From: an uncultured Candidatus Actinomarina sp.
GTDB lineage: Bacteria; Actinomycetota; Acidimicrobiia; Actinomarinales; Actinomarinaceae
Direction of reading: 5' to 3'
Length of the DNA: 64,000 nucleotides
Assembly: GCA_902628045.1 (NCBI GenBank)
Contig: CACOLU010000003.1
Coordinates: forward strand, 14,039 to 78,038
Positions 37,294 through 47,428 of the stretch are shown here, one piece after another; the stretch's first letter is position 1; every line of letters starts with the position of its first letter. A program made the position numbers and the translations under genes. Below the pieces are notes generated by a model. It had not been told where the DNA came from. It saw only the letters and a program-made list of their open reading frames with translations, and made no database searches.

Positions 37294-38265
37294 ATGAATA
37301 CTATTGCCGTAGATGCAATGGGTGGTGATTCAGCACCTGTAGAAACTGTCAAAGGTGCAATTAAAGCAAAAGAAAATGGCGTTAATGTTGTATTGTGTGG
37401 TGACGAAAATTTAATCAAACCTTATCTAGGTTCTACAGAAATACCTGTCTACCATTTTCCTCAGGTAATTTCAATGGACGAAGATCCACTTAAAGCTGTA
37501 AGGTCTAAAAAAGAAGCATCAATAAATGGATGTATGCAGTTGTTAAAAGAAAAAAAGGTAGAGGCAGTATTTTCTGCGGGATCTACCGGAGCAACCCTAA
37601 TAAGCGCAATTACAATTTTAGGAAAGCAAAAAGGCGTAATTAGACCCGCAATTGCTTCAGTCTTACCAACTGTTGAAAGAAATGTGATATTGCTTGACTC
37701 AGGTGCAAGTTTAGATGTTAAACCTAAAGTCCTTTATCAATTTGCTGTCATGGGATCAAAGCTCGCCGAAGCTCTTTTTGATATTGAATCTCCAAAAATT
37801 GGACTATTAAATAATGGTGAAGAAGAGTCTAAGGGTAGAGAACTAGAAAAATCTGCATTTAAACTTTTAAATTCAAGTTCTTTAAACTTCGTTGGAAATA
37901 TAGAAGGTAGAGATTTTGCAACTAATAAGGTTGATGTATTTGTTACTGATGGATTTACAGGTAATGTCGTATTAAAAACTTTAGAGGGAACTGCAAAACT
38001 TCAACAAAACCTAATATCTGCTTCTCTGAAACAAAATCTATTTAAACCTTTATTACCATCAGTCAAGAAAGCATTAAAACCTGTGAGGGATCAATTAAAC
38101 CCTGATAAAACAAATGCTTCTTACTTATTAGGCGTAGATGGTTTAGTAACAATTGGCCATGGTTCATCTAAGCAGGAAGCAATTATGAATGGTATTCAAT
38201 ACACAAGTGAATCCATCAAGAAAGATTTTATTGGTAAATTTTCTGACGCCATTAAAGAGTTATGA
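37294..38265 (+). CDS. plsX: Phosphate acyltransferase PlsX
   Basis: 323 aa. IAVDAMGGDSAP N-terminus and FVGNIEGRD, DGFTGNVVLKT motifs. Confidence 0.95.
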   Translation: MNTIAVDAMGGDSAPVETVKGAIKAKENGVNVVLCGDENLIKPYLGSTEIPVYHFPQVISMDEDPLKAVRSKKEASINGCMQLLKEKKVEAVFSAGSTGATLISAITILGKQKGVIRPAIASVLPTVERNVILLDSGASLDVKPKVLYQFAVMGSKLAEALFDIESPKIGLLNNGEEESKGRELEKSAFKLLNSSSLNFVGNIEGRDFATNKVDVFVTDGFTGNVVLKTLEGTAKLQQNLISASLKQNLFKPLLPSVKKALKPVRDQLNPDKTNASYLLGVDGLVTIGHGSSKQEAIMNGIQYTSESIKKDFIGKFSDAIKEL

Positions 38266-38939
38266 GTAATTTAGAAGATTTAGAAAAAAATATTGGCTAC
38301 AAATTTAAAAATATAACTTTTTTAAAGATTGCTTTAACACATAAATCATATTTAGATGAGTATCCAAACTTACAATCAAATCAAAGATTTGAATTTTTTG
38401 GTGATGCAATACTAGATTTTGATCTAACGGAATATTTATTTGAAAATTATCCAGAATTGGACGAAGGAAGTCTTACGAAAATTAGATCTAGCGCTGTTAA
38501 TCAGTTTTATCTTGTTGAATTAGGAAAAAAAATAAATATTGGCAAGTATCTTTATTTAGGCTCAGCAGAAGATTCAACCGGAGGAAGACATAAAGATTCA
38601 ATTATTGAAGATGCTCTGGAAGCTTTAATTGCTGCTTTATATTTTGATGGTGGTCTAAAAGCTGTAAATGATTTTGTTTCAAAATTTATTTATCCAAGCA
38701 TAAAGGACCTATCTCTAAATCCTGGACAAAAAGATTACAAAACAAGATTACAAGAATACTTTGCTAAAAAGGGGTTAAAAGTAATTTATCAAGATAGTTC
38801 ACATGGTCCTGACCATAATAAAAATTTTTCATCTGAAGTTTTATTAAATGATGAGATAATTGGCGCTGGAGATGGAAAATCTAAAAAAAGTGCTCAACAA
38901 TCTGCTGCAAAAGATGCTTTAGCTAAATTAGATGCCTGA
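38262..38939 (+). CDS. rnc: Ribonuclease III
   Basis: 225 aa. FEFFGDAILD catalytic signature and a C-terminal dsRBD (GDGKSKKSAQQSAAKDAL). Confidence 0.95.
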   Translation: MSNLEDLEKNIGYKFKNITFLKIALTHKSYLDEYPNLQSNQRFEFFGDAILDFDLTEYLFENYPELDEGSLTKIRSSAVNQFYLVELGKKINIGKYLYLGSAEDSTGGRHKDSIIEDALEALIAALYFDGGLKAVNDFVSKFIYPSIKDLSLNPGQKDYKTRLQEYFAKKGLKVIYQDSSHGPDHNKNFSSEVLLNDEIIGAGDGKSKKSAQQSAAKDALAKLDA

Positions 38940-39735
38940 ATTACCTGAAGTTGAATCTATACGAAGAGTTTTAAAAAATTCTTTAATAAATCAGAAATTA
39001 CAAAAATATAAAATATTTGATCAACGAATAAATAGATTTAACATTGTTAATCCTAGAAACTTAGGAGTTTTACTTGAGATAAATAGAAAAGGAAAGATTT
39101 TACAATTTAACTTTAAAAACAATTCAATATTTTTTCATTTAGGAATGAGTGGAAGATTAGATCTAAATGGTATAAAAAATAAACATACACACGGTATATT
39201 TTTTTTTGATAAAGACATTTTACTTTATGATGATATTCGAAAGTTTGGATATATAAAGATTCTTAAAAATGATCTAGCAAATAAACAATTTTCCACTCTA
39301 GGTCCAGACGCACTTTCATTGTCAAAAATAGATAAATTCTTTGTAATGAATAAAGCAAAAAAAAGTTCGACGAGTATTAAAAAATTCTTACTAAATCAAA
39401 AAAATATAAGCGGACTAGGAAATATTTATGTTAATGAAATTTTATTTCTTGCTGGCATTCATCCACACTCAGTATCTTTTAAATTAAAAGACATAAATTG
39501 GAATGATATATTTTTATATACAAAGAAAGTTTTAAAAAAGGCTATTAAAAATAATGGAACAACCTTAAGTGATATGACTTATGTTCTACCACAAGGTGTA
39601 TATGGTAACAACCAAAATAATTTGTATATTTATTCAAAAGATAAGTGTTTTTCATGTTCAAATAAAATTGATAAGATATTTATAGATTCTAGAGCTACTT
39701 ATGTGTGTAAAAAATGTCAGAAGATAATAAATTAA
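38932..39735 (+). CDS. mutM: Formamidopyrimidine-DNA glycosylase
   Basis: 267 aa. MPELPEVE N-terminus, H2TH region, and a C-terminal CxxC...CxxC zinc finger. Confidence 0.9.
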   Translation: MPELPEVESIRRVLKNSLINQKLQKYKIFDQRINRFNIVNPRNLGVLLEINRKGKILQFNFKNNSIFFHLGMSGRLDLNGIKNKHTHGIFFFDKDILLYDDIRKFGYIKILKNDLANKQFSTLGPDALSLSKIDKFFVMNKAKKSSTSIKKFLLNQKNISGLGNIYVNEILFLAGIHPHSVSFKLKDINWNDIFLYTKKVLKKAIKNNGTTLSDMTYVLPQGVYGNNQNNLYIYSKDKCFSCSNKIDKIFIDSRATYVCKKCQKIIN

Positions 39736-40649
39736 CAGTTAATTTATATAGGGATGGTTCTATAGAGTCTTCTCATGAAGTAAATCTTTACTCAAACAAA
39801 AAACAATATGACGATTATTTTTTTCCTAGGTCTTCAGTCAAACCAATGCAAGTGATTCCTTTATTGCTGGAGGCATCAAATCAAAATATTGAATTTACTT
39901 CTGAAGAGATAGCCTTGTTTGCAGCATCACATTCTGGTCAAGTTGAGCATATAGAACTATTAAAAGAAACAGCAAAAAAATTTAAAGTTGATTTAGATAA
40001 CATAATTTGTGGGCCACAGCGACCTTTTCATGATGAAACTGCAGATAATTTGCTAATTTTAGGTGAGAAATATACTAAATTGCACAACAATTGTTCTGGC
40101 AAGCATTTATCAATGTTGATATTTTCTAAATTATTATCTGTTGATAGCAGTAATTACTATGATTTAATTCATAAAACCCAAGAAATCACAAAGCAGTACT
40201 TTATCGAAATATTTGAAAATGAAGATATTGGATTTGGTATTGATGGATGTGGTCTGCCAGCAATTAATTTAAATGTAACAAATTTTTTAAACTCGATAAA
40301 ATTTATGCAAAAAACTCGAAGTGCTGAATCTTGGAATAAAGTATTTCAAGCTTATTTAGCTCATCCAGAAATAATAGGTGGCGAAAATAGAACGGATACA
40401 AATATAATAATAAATTCAGAACGAAAACTTTTAGCAAAATCAGGTGCAGAAGGAGTATTGTTTGTTACTGATAATAGCGAATCCTTTATATTTAACTGTA
40501 CAGACGGTAGCAAAAGAGGAGTAGATTTGGCTGCGTCTTACTTTTTATATTCAAATGGCTGGATAAATAAAAAGCCTTTTGAATATCTTGATAATATATA
40601 CACATCAAACAGGCAAAATACGCGTGCTGTAGAAATAGAAGTAGTTTAA
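39714..40649 (+). CDS. Asparaginase II-family protein (Rhizobium-type, PF06089-like)
   Basis: 311 aa. Motifs PRSSVKPMQ, ASHSGQVEH, NNCSGKH, GIDGCGLP and KSGAEGV. Confidence 0.75.
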   Translation: MSEDNKLTVNLYRDGSIESSHEVNLYSNKKQYDDYFFPRSSVKPMQVIPLLLEASNQNIEFTSEEIALFAASHSGQVEHIELLKETAKKFKVDLDNIICGPQRPFHDETADNLLILGEKYTKLHNNCSGKHLSMLIFSKLLSVDSSNYYDLIHKTQEITKQYFIEIFENEDIGFGIDGCGLPAINLNVTNFLNSIKFMQKTRSAESWNKVFQAYLAHPEIIGGENRTDTNIIINSERKLLAKSGAEGVLFVTDNSESFIFNCTDGSKRGVDLAASYFLYSNGWINKKPFEYLDNIYTSNRQNTRAVEIEVV

Positions 40650-40715
40650 AAAAAATTCAAAAATAAGAAATTTAATCCAATTATTACTAATATATAAGTA
40701 ACAACAGGGTAATAA

Positions 40716-43361
40716 ATGTATTTAAAATCATTAGATATTAATGGGTTCAAGTCTTTTGCAGAAAAGACAACTATTCAATTATCAGACGAAGTAAATGTTA
40801 TTGTTGGACCTAATGGTTCAGGCAAGTCAAATGTAGTAGATGCAATATCTTGGGTATTGGGAACCCAAAGCCCCGCCACTCTTAGAACTAACAAGATGGA
40901 AGATGTGATATTTGCTGGTACTGAAAAATTATCAGAAAAAGGATTTGCTGAAGTCTATTTAAATTTCGAAGTTGATGAACAAAAATTTAACGGAAATAGT
41001 GAAATTTCCATAGGAAGAAAACTGTTTAGAGATGGTACTTCTGAATACTTTATGAATGGCTTAAATTGCAGATTGTTAGATATTCAAGAGTTTTTAAGTG
41101 ACGTAGGTATAGGTAAACAGCAACATATCATAATTTCACAAGGTCAAATCGCTGAAATATTGAATTCAAAGCCTGAGGATCACAGATTAACAATTGAAGA
41201 AGCTTCAGGAATTTTACCTTTAAGATCGAAAAAAGAAAAAGCGCTCAAGAGAATTGAATCTGGTGATAAAGAAATCAAAAGAGCTAAAGATGTTTTACGT
41301 GAGATTAGAAAACAACTGAAGCCTCTACAGGAACAAGCTGAGCAGGCAAGGCTTCATGAAGATGTAACAAATCAACTAAAAGATAGAAATATAAAACTAC
41401 ATACTTTGCTTTATAGAAAATTTCAAAATGAATATGAAGATTTAAAAATCAAAGAAAATGAACTTTCAAATTCAATTGAGTCTATTGAGTTAAAAGTTGA
41501 AAATTTGAAAAAAGAAAAACTAAGAATAAATAATGAACTTGGCGATGGAGTTTCCATTGGCTCTACATTTAAAGAATATTCCTCAAAAATTAACAATGTT
41601 ACTGAACAATTAAGATCAATTGCTCAAGTGGCAAATGAAAGAAAAGATAATTTAGAACGTGAAGATTTTAGGAATATAGAGCAAATTAATAAAATTTCAA
41701 AAAAAATAGATCAAAATTCAGATCAGATAAATATGCTTTCTAATCAGTTGGTGTCTAAACAATATTCTTTAAAGAATCTTCAATCAACTTATGATGATTT
41801 AAAAACACAACTCGAGTCTGTTATTAAGAAATCTTCTGCATCAAAAGAAGTAAATGAAGCATTGCTAGAAAATGAAATTAAGTCATTACAAAAGAACATA
41901 TCTGAAACATCACAAGATTTAGGAGTACTAAATCTTGAACTTAGTAAGTGGGAGAGCGATGTTAAAAATTCAGAAGACCTTTTACAGAAATTTAATAATG
42001 ATATTAAAAGCACTGAATTTAATATTTCTTCAAAAGATGAATATGTTACTTTTCATCAAAATATCTTGAATAGGGAATTTAACTCATCAAAAGAAAAAAT
42101 AAATCAAATAACTTCTAAGAATGAAACTATGGAAAGAGAATTAAGTCAAAAAGAAGTATTGCTTTCTGGAATTAATCAAAATGAAGAGTTCAAAATTGAT
42201 ATAAATAATCAAAAGATTGATTTAGAAAAACAGATTGAAAATTTAGAAAATCAAATAACTTCAATTTCTAACCAATTAGTCACTTCTCAAGAAAGAATCA
42301 AAAATCTTACGGAACAAAATAATGAATTTCTTAATGAAAAAGAAAAAATCTCATCTACTAAAAATGCCACTTCAAAATCAGATTTAGAAAAGCTTGTTTC
42401 TGAAATAAAAGACTTTATTACATTTACAAATAAAACGAGTAATTTATTAGCTCAAAAATCTGAAGAGTTTGATGATAAGTATGGAAATACTAATAAAAAA
42501 ATTCAGAAAATTGATTCAGAAATTGAACAGTTAAATAAAAATTATTTTGATATAAAAGAGGAAAAAACCGCAGTAGTAATTAAACTATCTGAAAATCAAG
42601 TTTCTACTTCATCTCATTTTTCTACATTAAAAAATATTTATGGTTTGAATGACGAAAGTCTTATTCATGTACAAACTGATGGATTGATTCAACATACTTT
42701 AGAAAATGAAATAAAAAATTATGAGACTCAATTAGAAAATATAGGTACAGTAAATTATTTAGCTAAAGAAGATTTTGAAACCTTAAATTCAAGACATGAA
42801 GAAATAACAGGAAACATAGAAGACTTAAATTTAGCCAAAAAAGAATTGAATTCACACATTAAAGAAATTGAAAATGAAATATCATTTAGAATTGAATCTT
42901 CATTTAATTCAATTTCAGTGCATTTTTCTGAAATATTTGAAACTTTGTTCCCTGGAGGAAAAGGATCTTTGTCATTCACAGATAAAGAAAATATTTTAGA
43001 AACTGGAATTGATATTTCGGTACAACCTAAAGGTAAAAAGGTTAAGAAATTAAGTTTATTATCTGGTGGAGAAAAATCTTTAGCTGCAATAGCATTCTTA
43101 TTCTCTATATTTAAGTCATTCCCAAGCCCTTTTTATATACTTGATGAAGTTGAAGCTGCACTCGATGATGCTAATTTACATAGAATGATTAACTTATTAA
43201 AGCATGTAAAGGGAGATGCTCAATATATTATTGTTACACACCAACAGCAGACTATGCATGCTGGAGATGTTTTATATGGGGTTACTATGGAGCCAGGTTC
43301 TGGATCAAGAGTGTTTACAAAAACTAAAGCAGATTTTGAAGAGTTGATAAACAAATCATGA
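40716..43361 (+). CDS. smc: SMC-family chromosome partition ATPase, unusually short (881 aa)
   Basis: Canonical N-terminal Walker A head (GPNGSGKSNVVDAISWVLG) and C-terminal signature/Walker B (LSGGEKSLAAIAF...ILDEVEAALD). The intervening ~540 aa are continuous coiled-coil-like sequence. Syntenic position after rnc-mutM. Confidence 0.85.
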   Translation: MYLKSLDINGFKSFAEKTTIQLSDEVNVIVGPNGSGKSNVVDAISWVLGTQSPATLRTNKMEDVIFAGTEKLSEKGFAEVYLNFEVDEQKFNGNSEISIGRKLFRDGTSEYFMNGLNCRLLDIQEFLSDVGIGKQQHIIISQGQIAEILNSKPEDHRLTIEEASGILPLRSKKEKALKRIESGDKEIKRAKDVLREIRKQLKPLQEQAEQARLHEDVTNQLKDRNIKLHTLLYRKFQNEYEDLKIKENELSNSIESIELKVENLKKEKLRINNELGDGVSIGSTFKEYSSKINNVTEQLRSIAQVANERKDNLEREDFRNIEQINKISKKIDQNSDQINMLSNQLVSKQYSLKNLQSTYDDLKTQLESVIKKSSASKEVNEALLENEIKSLQKNISETSQDLGVLNLELSKWESDVKNSEDLLQKFNNDIKSTEFNISSKDEYVTFHQNILNREFNSSKEKINQITSKNETMERELSQKEVLLSGINQNEEFKIDINNQKIDLEKQIENLENQITSISNQLVTSQERIKNLTEQNNEFLNEKEKISSTKNATSKSDLEKLVSEIKDFITFTNKTSNLLAQKSEEFDDKYGNTNKKIQKIDSEIEQLNKNYFDIKEEKTAVVIKLSENQVSTSSHFSTLKNIYGLNDESLIHVQTDGLIQHTLENEIKNYETQLENIGTVNYLAKEDFETLNSRHEEITGNIEDLNLAKKELNSHIKEIENEISFRIESSFNSISVHFSEIFETLFPGGKGSLSFTDKENILETGIDISVQPKGKKVKKLSLLSGGEKSLAAIAFLFSIFKSFPSPFYILDEVEAALDDANLHRMINLLKHVKGDAQYIIVTHQQQTMHAGDVLYGVTMEPGSGSRVFTKTKADFEELINKS

Positions 43362-43750
43362 ATGATCAAGAATTAGCACAATTAGCTAGAGATACTGCAA
43401 AAAAAGCTTATGCACCATATTCAAATTTTAGAGTTGGAGCAGCACTTATTGCAGATTCAGGAAATGTATATACAGGTTGCAATATAGAAAATGTATCTTA
43501 TCCGGCAACTGTTTGTGGAGAGGATGTAGCTGTACTCAAAGCCATTTCAGAAGGTGAAACAAAAATTGATATATTAGCTGTGGCATGTATTGATGCAGAT
43601 GAAGAAGCAATATTTCCTTGTGGTGTTTCTAGACAGCGAATGTCAGAGTTTGGTGTTGAGGATGTAATTGTTGTTCACAAGGACAGTTTTGAAAAATATA
43701 AATTCGACGATGTGCTCCCGTACAATAATAAAATTCAGTTTAAAGATTAA
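43358..43750 (+). CDS. cdd: Cytidine deaminase (tetrameric-type), with one zinc ligand substituted
   Basis: 130 aa. Motifs YAPYSNFRVGAAL, NIENVSYPATVCGE (CAE-type motif) and PCGVSRQ (normally PCGxCRQ). Confidence 0.8.
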   Translation: MNDQELAQLARDTAKKAYAPYSNFRVGAALIADSGNVYTGCNIENVSYPATVCGEDVAVLKAISEGETKIDILAVACIDADEEAIFPCGVSRQRMSEFGVEDVIVVHKDSFEKYKFDDVLPYNNKIQFKD

Positions 43751-44664
43751 ATATTGTCGTTCAATTTAGGTATAACACTTAGCGTGTCACCGACTATGCC
43801 TAAATCTGCTAATTGAAAAATAGGGGCTTCCTCATCCTTATTAATAGCTATCACAAATTTTGAATCTTTCATACCAACTTGATGCTGAGTTGCTCCAGAA
43901 ATCCCACATGCAATATATACATCTGGCTTTACAGTTTTTCCTGTTTGTCCTACTTGTTGTGAATAAGGCATCCAACCAGCATCAACTATTGCTCTAGTAC
44001 CACCAATAGCTGCATTTAATTTTGAAGCTAGTGTTTCAATTAATTCCAAATTCTCTTTGTCAACCATGCCTCTACCAGCTGATATAACAACTTTAGAATC
44101 TTCAAGTTGTGGACCAGATTTTTCTTCAATAAATATATCAAAAACTTCTAAATCACTGCCGTCTAAATCAATAGTTTCAAAATCGTCATTAAAATTTACC
44201 TCAACAGGGTCAAATGCTTTTGGTCTTATTAGTAATAATGATTGATCTGAATTAATTTTTGTTTTGTATAAACTTTCCCCACCATTTATAGAATTCACAG
44301 TGGATACATTTCCTGATGCAACATCAAAATCAATAACATTTGATACTGGACTACTGTTTAAATCTACAGATAAAAATGAAATTAAATCCCTGCACATGTA
44401 TGTTGAAGATCCAAGAATTAAATTGATTTCCTCATTTTTAATTATTTCAGAAATTTTTGTTGCAGCTTTTGATAAATTTAATGAATTGTTTTGTCTTTTT
44501 AGATAAGTTTGTTTACAAAGATCAACACCGATTGATGGATTTTCGTCACTGCCGACAGTTACAACTTGAACATCTAATTCTAAGGACTTTGCTTTACCTA
44601 ATATTTCCAAAGTTCCAGAACTTAGGTTGTTATTTATAATTTCTCCAATTATTAAAGTTTTCAT
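43747..44664 (-). CDS. etfA: Electron transfer flavoprotein, alpha subunit
   Basis: 305 aa. C-terminal FAD-binding motif YIACGISGATQHQVGM. Confidence 0.9.
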   Translation of the reverse strand: MKTLIIGEIINNNLSSGTLEILGKAKSLELDVQVVTVGSDENPSIGVDLCKQTYLKRQNNSLNLSKAATKISEIIKNEEINLILGSSTYMCRDLISFLSVDLNSSPVSNVIDFDVASGNVSTVNSINGGESLYKTKINSDQSLLLIRPKAFDPVEVNFNDDFETIDLDGSDLEVFDIFIEEKSGPQLEDSKVVISAGRGMVDKENLELIETLASKLNAAIGGTRAIVDAGWMPYSQQVGQTGKTVKPDVYIACGISGATQHQVGMKDSKFVIAINKDEEAPIFQLADLGIVGDTLSVIPKLNDNI

Positions 44665-45410
44665 ATTACTTTTAACTCTTTCAATTTATTTACAATTTCT
44701 TGATAGGCTTCACCTTCATCAGTAATTTTCTCACCGGATTTAGAATTTTCGACTGTTTCAATATCTATGAATTCAAGATTCTGAGTTGTGTTAATGCTTA
44801 AGTCACTGATTGAAACTTGTTCTATTGGTTTGGACTTAGCTGCCATAATATCTTTAAAGTTTGGGTATCTTGGTTCAACCCCACCTGCAGTTACAGATAT
44901 AACGCATTTTTCTGGCATATTTAATTTTTCAGAGCCTTCTACAGTTTGTCTAGTTAATGTAACGTTATCATTAATTTCAACTGCTTTTACATATGAAATA
45001 CATTCTAAGTCAAGATATCTTGAAACTTGCTGTGGAACGGTGCCAGAATAACCATCTGTAGACTCAGTGCCAAATATTACAATATCTGCTGACAGGGATT
45101 TAGCTAATTCACTAAGAACATTTGCAGTCATTAATGAGTTCGCACCTTTTAAGGATTCGTCATCAACAAATACAGCTTTGTCTGCGCCCATTTGAAGTGC
45201 TTGTTGAAGACCCTTCTGTGTTCCAGATGGTCCCATTGAGATTATTGTGACTTCTGCATCAAATTTTTCTTTTAACTGAAGAGCAACTTCAATTCCATAT
45301 CTGTCGGTATCATCTAAGACTTGTTCTTCAGGTCTTTCAATTGTTCCATTACTGTAGGTAACTTCATTTGCTGGATCAGGGATTTGTTTGGCACAAACTG
45401 CAATTTTCAT
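44661..45410 (-). CDS. etfB: Electron transfer flavoprotein, beta subunit
   Basis: 249 aa. MKIAVCAKQIPD N-terminus, typical EtfB. 4-nt overlap with etfA. Confidence 0.9.
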   Translation of the reverse strand: MKIAVCAKQIPDPANEVTYSNGTIERPEEQVLDDTDRYGIEVALQLKEKFDAEVTIISMGPSGTQKGLQQALQMGADKAVFVDDESLKGANSLMTANVLSELAKSLSADIVIFGTESTDGYSGTVPQQVSRYLDLECISYVKAVEINDNVTLTRQTVEGSEKLNMPEKCVISVTAGGVEPRYPNFKDIMAAKSKPIEQVSISDLSINTTQNLEFIDIETVENSKSGEKITDEGEAYQEIVNKLKELKVI

Positions 45411-45432
45411 ATCTATATTTTAATTTATGTTT

Positions 45433-46257
45433 TTAATTATCTGAATTTAATTCAGATAAAAATTCCTTCATAAACCCTTGTAGTTTTTGTTTTGACTTAT
45501 CAGCAATTTCAACAACTTCTTCATGGTTTAGTGGATCTTTACTTATTCCTGCTGCAAGATTTGTAACAAGAGAAAAAGCACTGATTTCCATACCAGCATG
45601 TTTGGCAACTATTGCTTCAGGAACAGTTGACATTCCAACTAAGTCAGCTCCAATATTTTTTGCATATTGAACTTCTGCTGGCGTTTCGTACGATGGTCCC
45701 GTGAACCATGCATAAATTCCTGTCTTAAATTGAAAATGATTTTCTGATACCTTCTCGGCAAGTTTTAAGAAATTTCTACTATAAACTTCAGACATATCTG
45801 GAAATCTTGGACCAAATGTATCAAGGTTCTTGCCAATTAATGGATTATCTCCGGTTAAATTTATATGGTCCGTGATTGAAATTATATCTCCAGGAACATA
45901 ATTATCTGATATACCACCAGCTGCATTTGTTAGTACAAGGTTTTTTACACCAAGCAATGAAAAAGCTCTAATAGGAATTACGAGTTCTTGGATAGGGTAT
46001 CCTTCATAATAATGTGCTCTTCCTGACAAAATTGCAGTTAATTTATTATTAATAGACACTAAAGATAACTTACCGGCATGTCCTTCAATTGATGGAGTTA
46101 AAAAATTAGGAATATCTGAGTAATCTACTTGGCTTAATGGTTCATAGTTATTTTCAAAACCCCCCATCCCTGAACCTAAAACAATCATCGTATCTATGTT
46201 TTTATTATTGGTAAATGTACTTATAAAGTCTTTAGCTTCGTTTATTTTTTCAATCAT
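45433..46257 (-). CDS. Purine nucleoside phosphorylase (trimeric PNP/PunA family)
   Basis: 274 aa. Motifs GSGMGG, GRAHYYEG, LTNAAGG, GPSYETPAE and GADLVGMSTVPE. Confidence 0.9.
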   Translation of the reverse strand: MIEKINEAKDFISTFTNNKNIDTMIVLGSGMGGFENNYEPLSQVDYSDIPNFLTPSIEGHAGKLSLVSINNKLTAILSGRAHYYEGYPIQELVIPIRAFSLLGVKNLVLTNAAGGISDNYVPGDIISITDHINLTGDNPLIGKNLDTFGPRFPDMSEVYSRNFLKLAEKVSENHFQFKTGIYAWFTGPSYETPAEVQYAKNIGADLVGMSTVPEAIVAKHAGMEISAFSLVTNLAAGISKDPLNHEEVVEIADKSKQKLQGFMKEFLSELNSDN

Positions 46258-46276
46258 ATGTTTACAGATTAATAAT

Positions 46277-47428
46277 CTATATTTGATTTAAAAAGCTTTT
46301 ACCAGGGAATATATTTTCTAAATTAAAAAATTCTGAAACAGTAGAGGCTATATTTGCAAAGCTTTCAACATCTCCAATATAATTTGCTTTACCGTTATTT
46401 TTATACGCAACAAATGGAACATATTCCCTTGAATGGTCAGTTTTTCCATCTGTTGGATCTGTACCGTGATCTCCAGTTAAAATAAGCAAGTCATTTTCGT
46501 TTAATAATTCAATAACTTTTTCTATACCTTTATCGATTATTTGTAAACCTTTGTAATAACCATCAGGATCTTCTCTGTGTCCATACAACATATCTAGGTC
46601 AACTAAATTAACAAAAGTAAAATCATTATCTCCGGATTCAACTTCTTTTAACAAAAAGTCAATACCATTTTGATCTCCTTCAGTGTGGACATAACTACTA
46701 AGAAATTCAGTTCCAAACAAATCAGTAATCTTTCCTATTCCGTAAGTTTTTAAATTATTTTTTGATACATAACTTAGAAGTGTTTCTCCAGGTGGATTCA
46801 TTCCAAAATCTTTCCTATCATAAGTTCGTTCAAAAGCGTTAATAGGACCTCTAAATGGTCTAGCGATGACTCTTCCTATATTGTATTGATTGCAGTGCTT
46901 TCTAGAGATCTCACAAATTCTATAAAGCTCTTCAAGACTGCATATTTCTTCATGGGCAGCTATTTGAAAAACTGAGTCACCAGATGTGTATAAAATAAGT
47001 TCTTTGGTTTGAATGTGTTGTTCACCAAGGTCTTTAATAATTTCAGTACCTGAAGCATGAATATTCCCAATAAATTTATAATCAATTTCATCTTCTATCT
47101 TGCTGATAAGTTCATGAGGAAATCCATCAGGAAATGTTTCAAACTCCTGTGTTGTAATTAAACCTGCAATTTCCCAATGCCCCGTGGTTGAGTCGTTTCC
47201 TATAGATACTTCAGAAAGCCTACCAACAGTTGCATTGTGCTCAGTACCTAGTCCTAAAACATTAGTAATCTTCCCAAATCCTAATTTATCAAAAGTGGGT
47301 AAATCTACACCTTGAACATGCTTTGCGACATTACCAAGTGTATTTACACCTTCGTCTCCATATTGTTTTGCATCTGGTGCTTCACCAACACCTAAAGAAT
47401 CTATTACAACAAGAAAACACCTTTTCAT
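46277..47428 (-). CDS. deoB: Phosphopentomutase
   Basis: 383 aa. VIDSLGVGEAPDA N-terminus, plus GHWE and TGDHGTDP metal-binding motifs. Confidence 0.9.
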   Translation of the reverse strand: MKRCFLVVIDSLGVGEAPDAKQYGDEGVNTLGNVAKHVQGVDLPTFDKLGFGKITNVLGLGTEHNATVGRLSEVSIGNDSTTGHWEIAGLITTQEFETFPDGFPHELISKIEDEIDYKFIGNIHASGTEIIKDLGEQHIQTKELILYTSGDSVFQIAAHEEICSLEELYRICEISRKHCNQYNIGRVIARPFRGPINAFERTYDRKDFGMNPPGETLLSYVSKNNLKTYGIGKITDLFGTEFLSSYVHTEGDQNGIDFLLKEVESGDNDFTFVNLVDLDMLYGHREDPDGYYKGLQIIDKGIEKVIELLNENDLLILTGDHGTDPTDGKTDHSREYVPFVAYKNNGKANYIGDVESFANIASTVSEFFNLENIFPGKSFLNQI

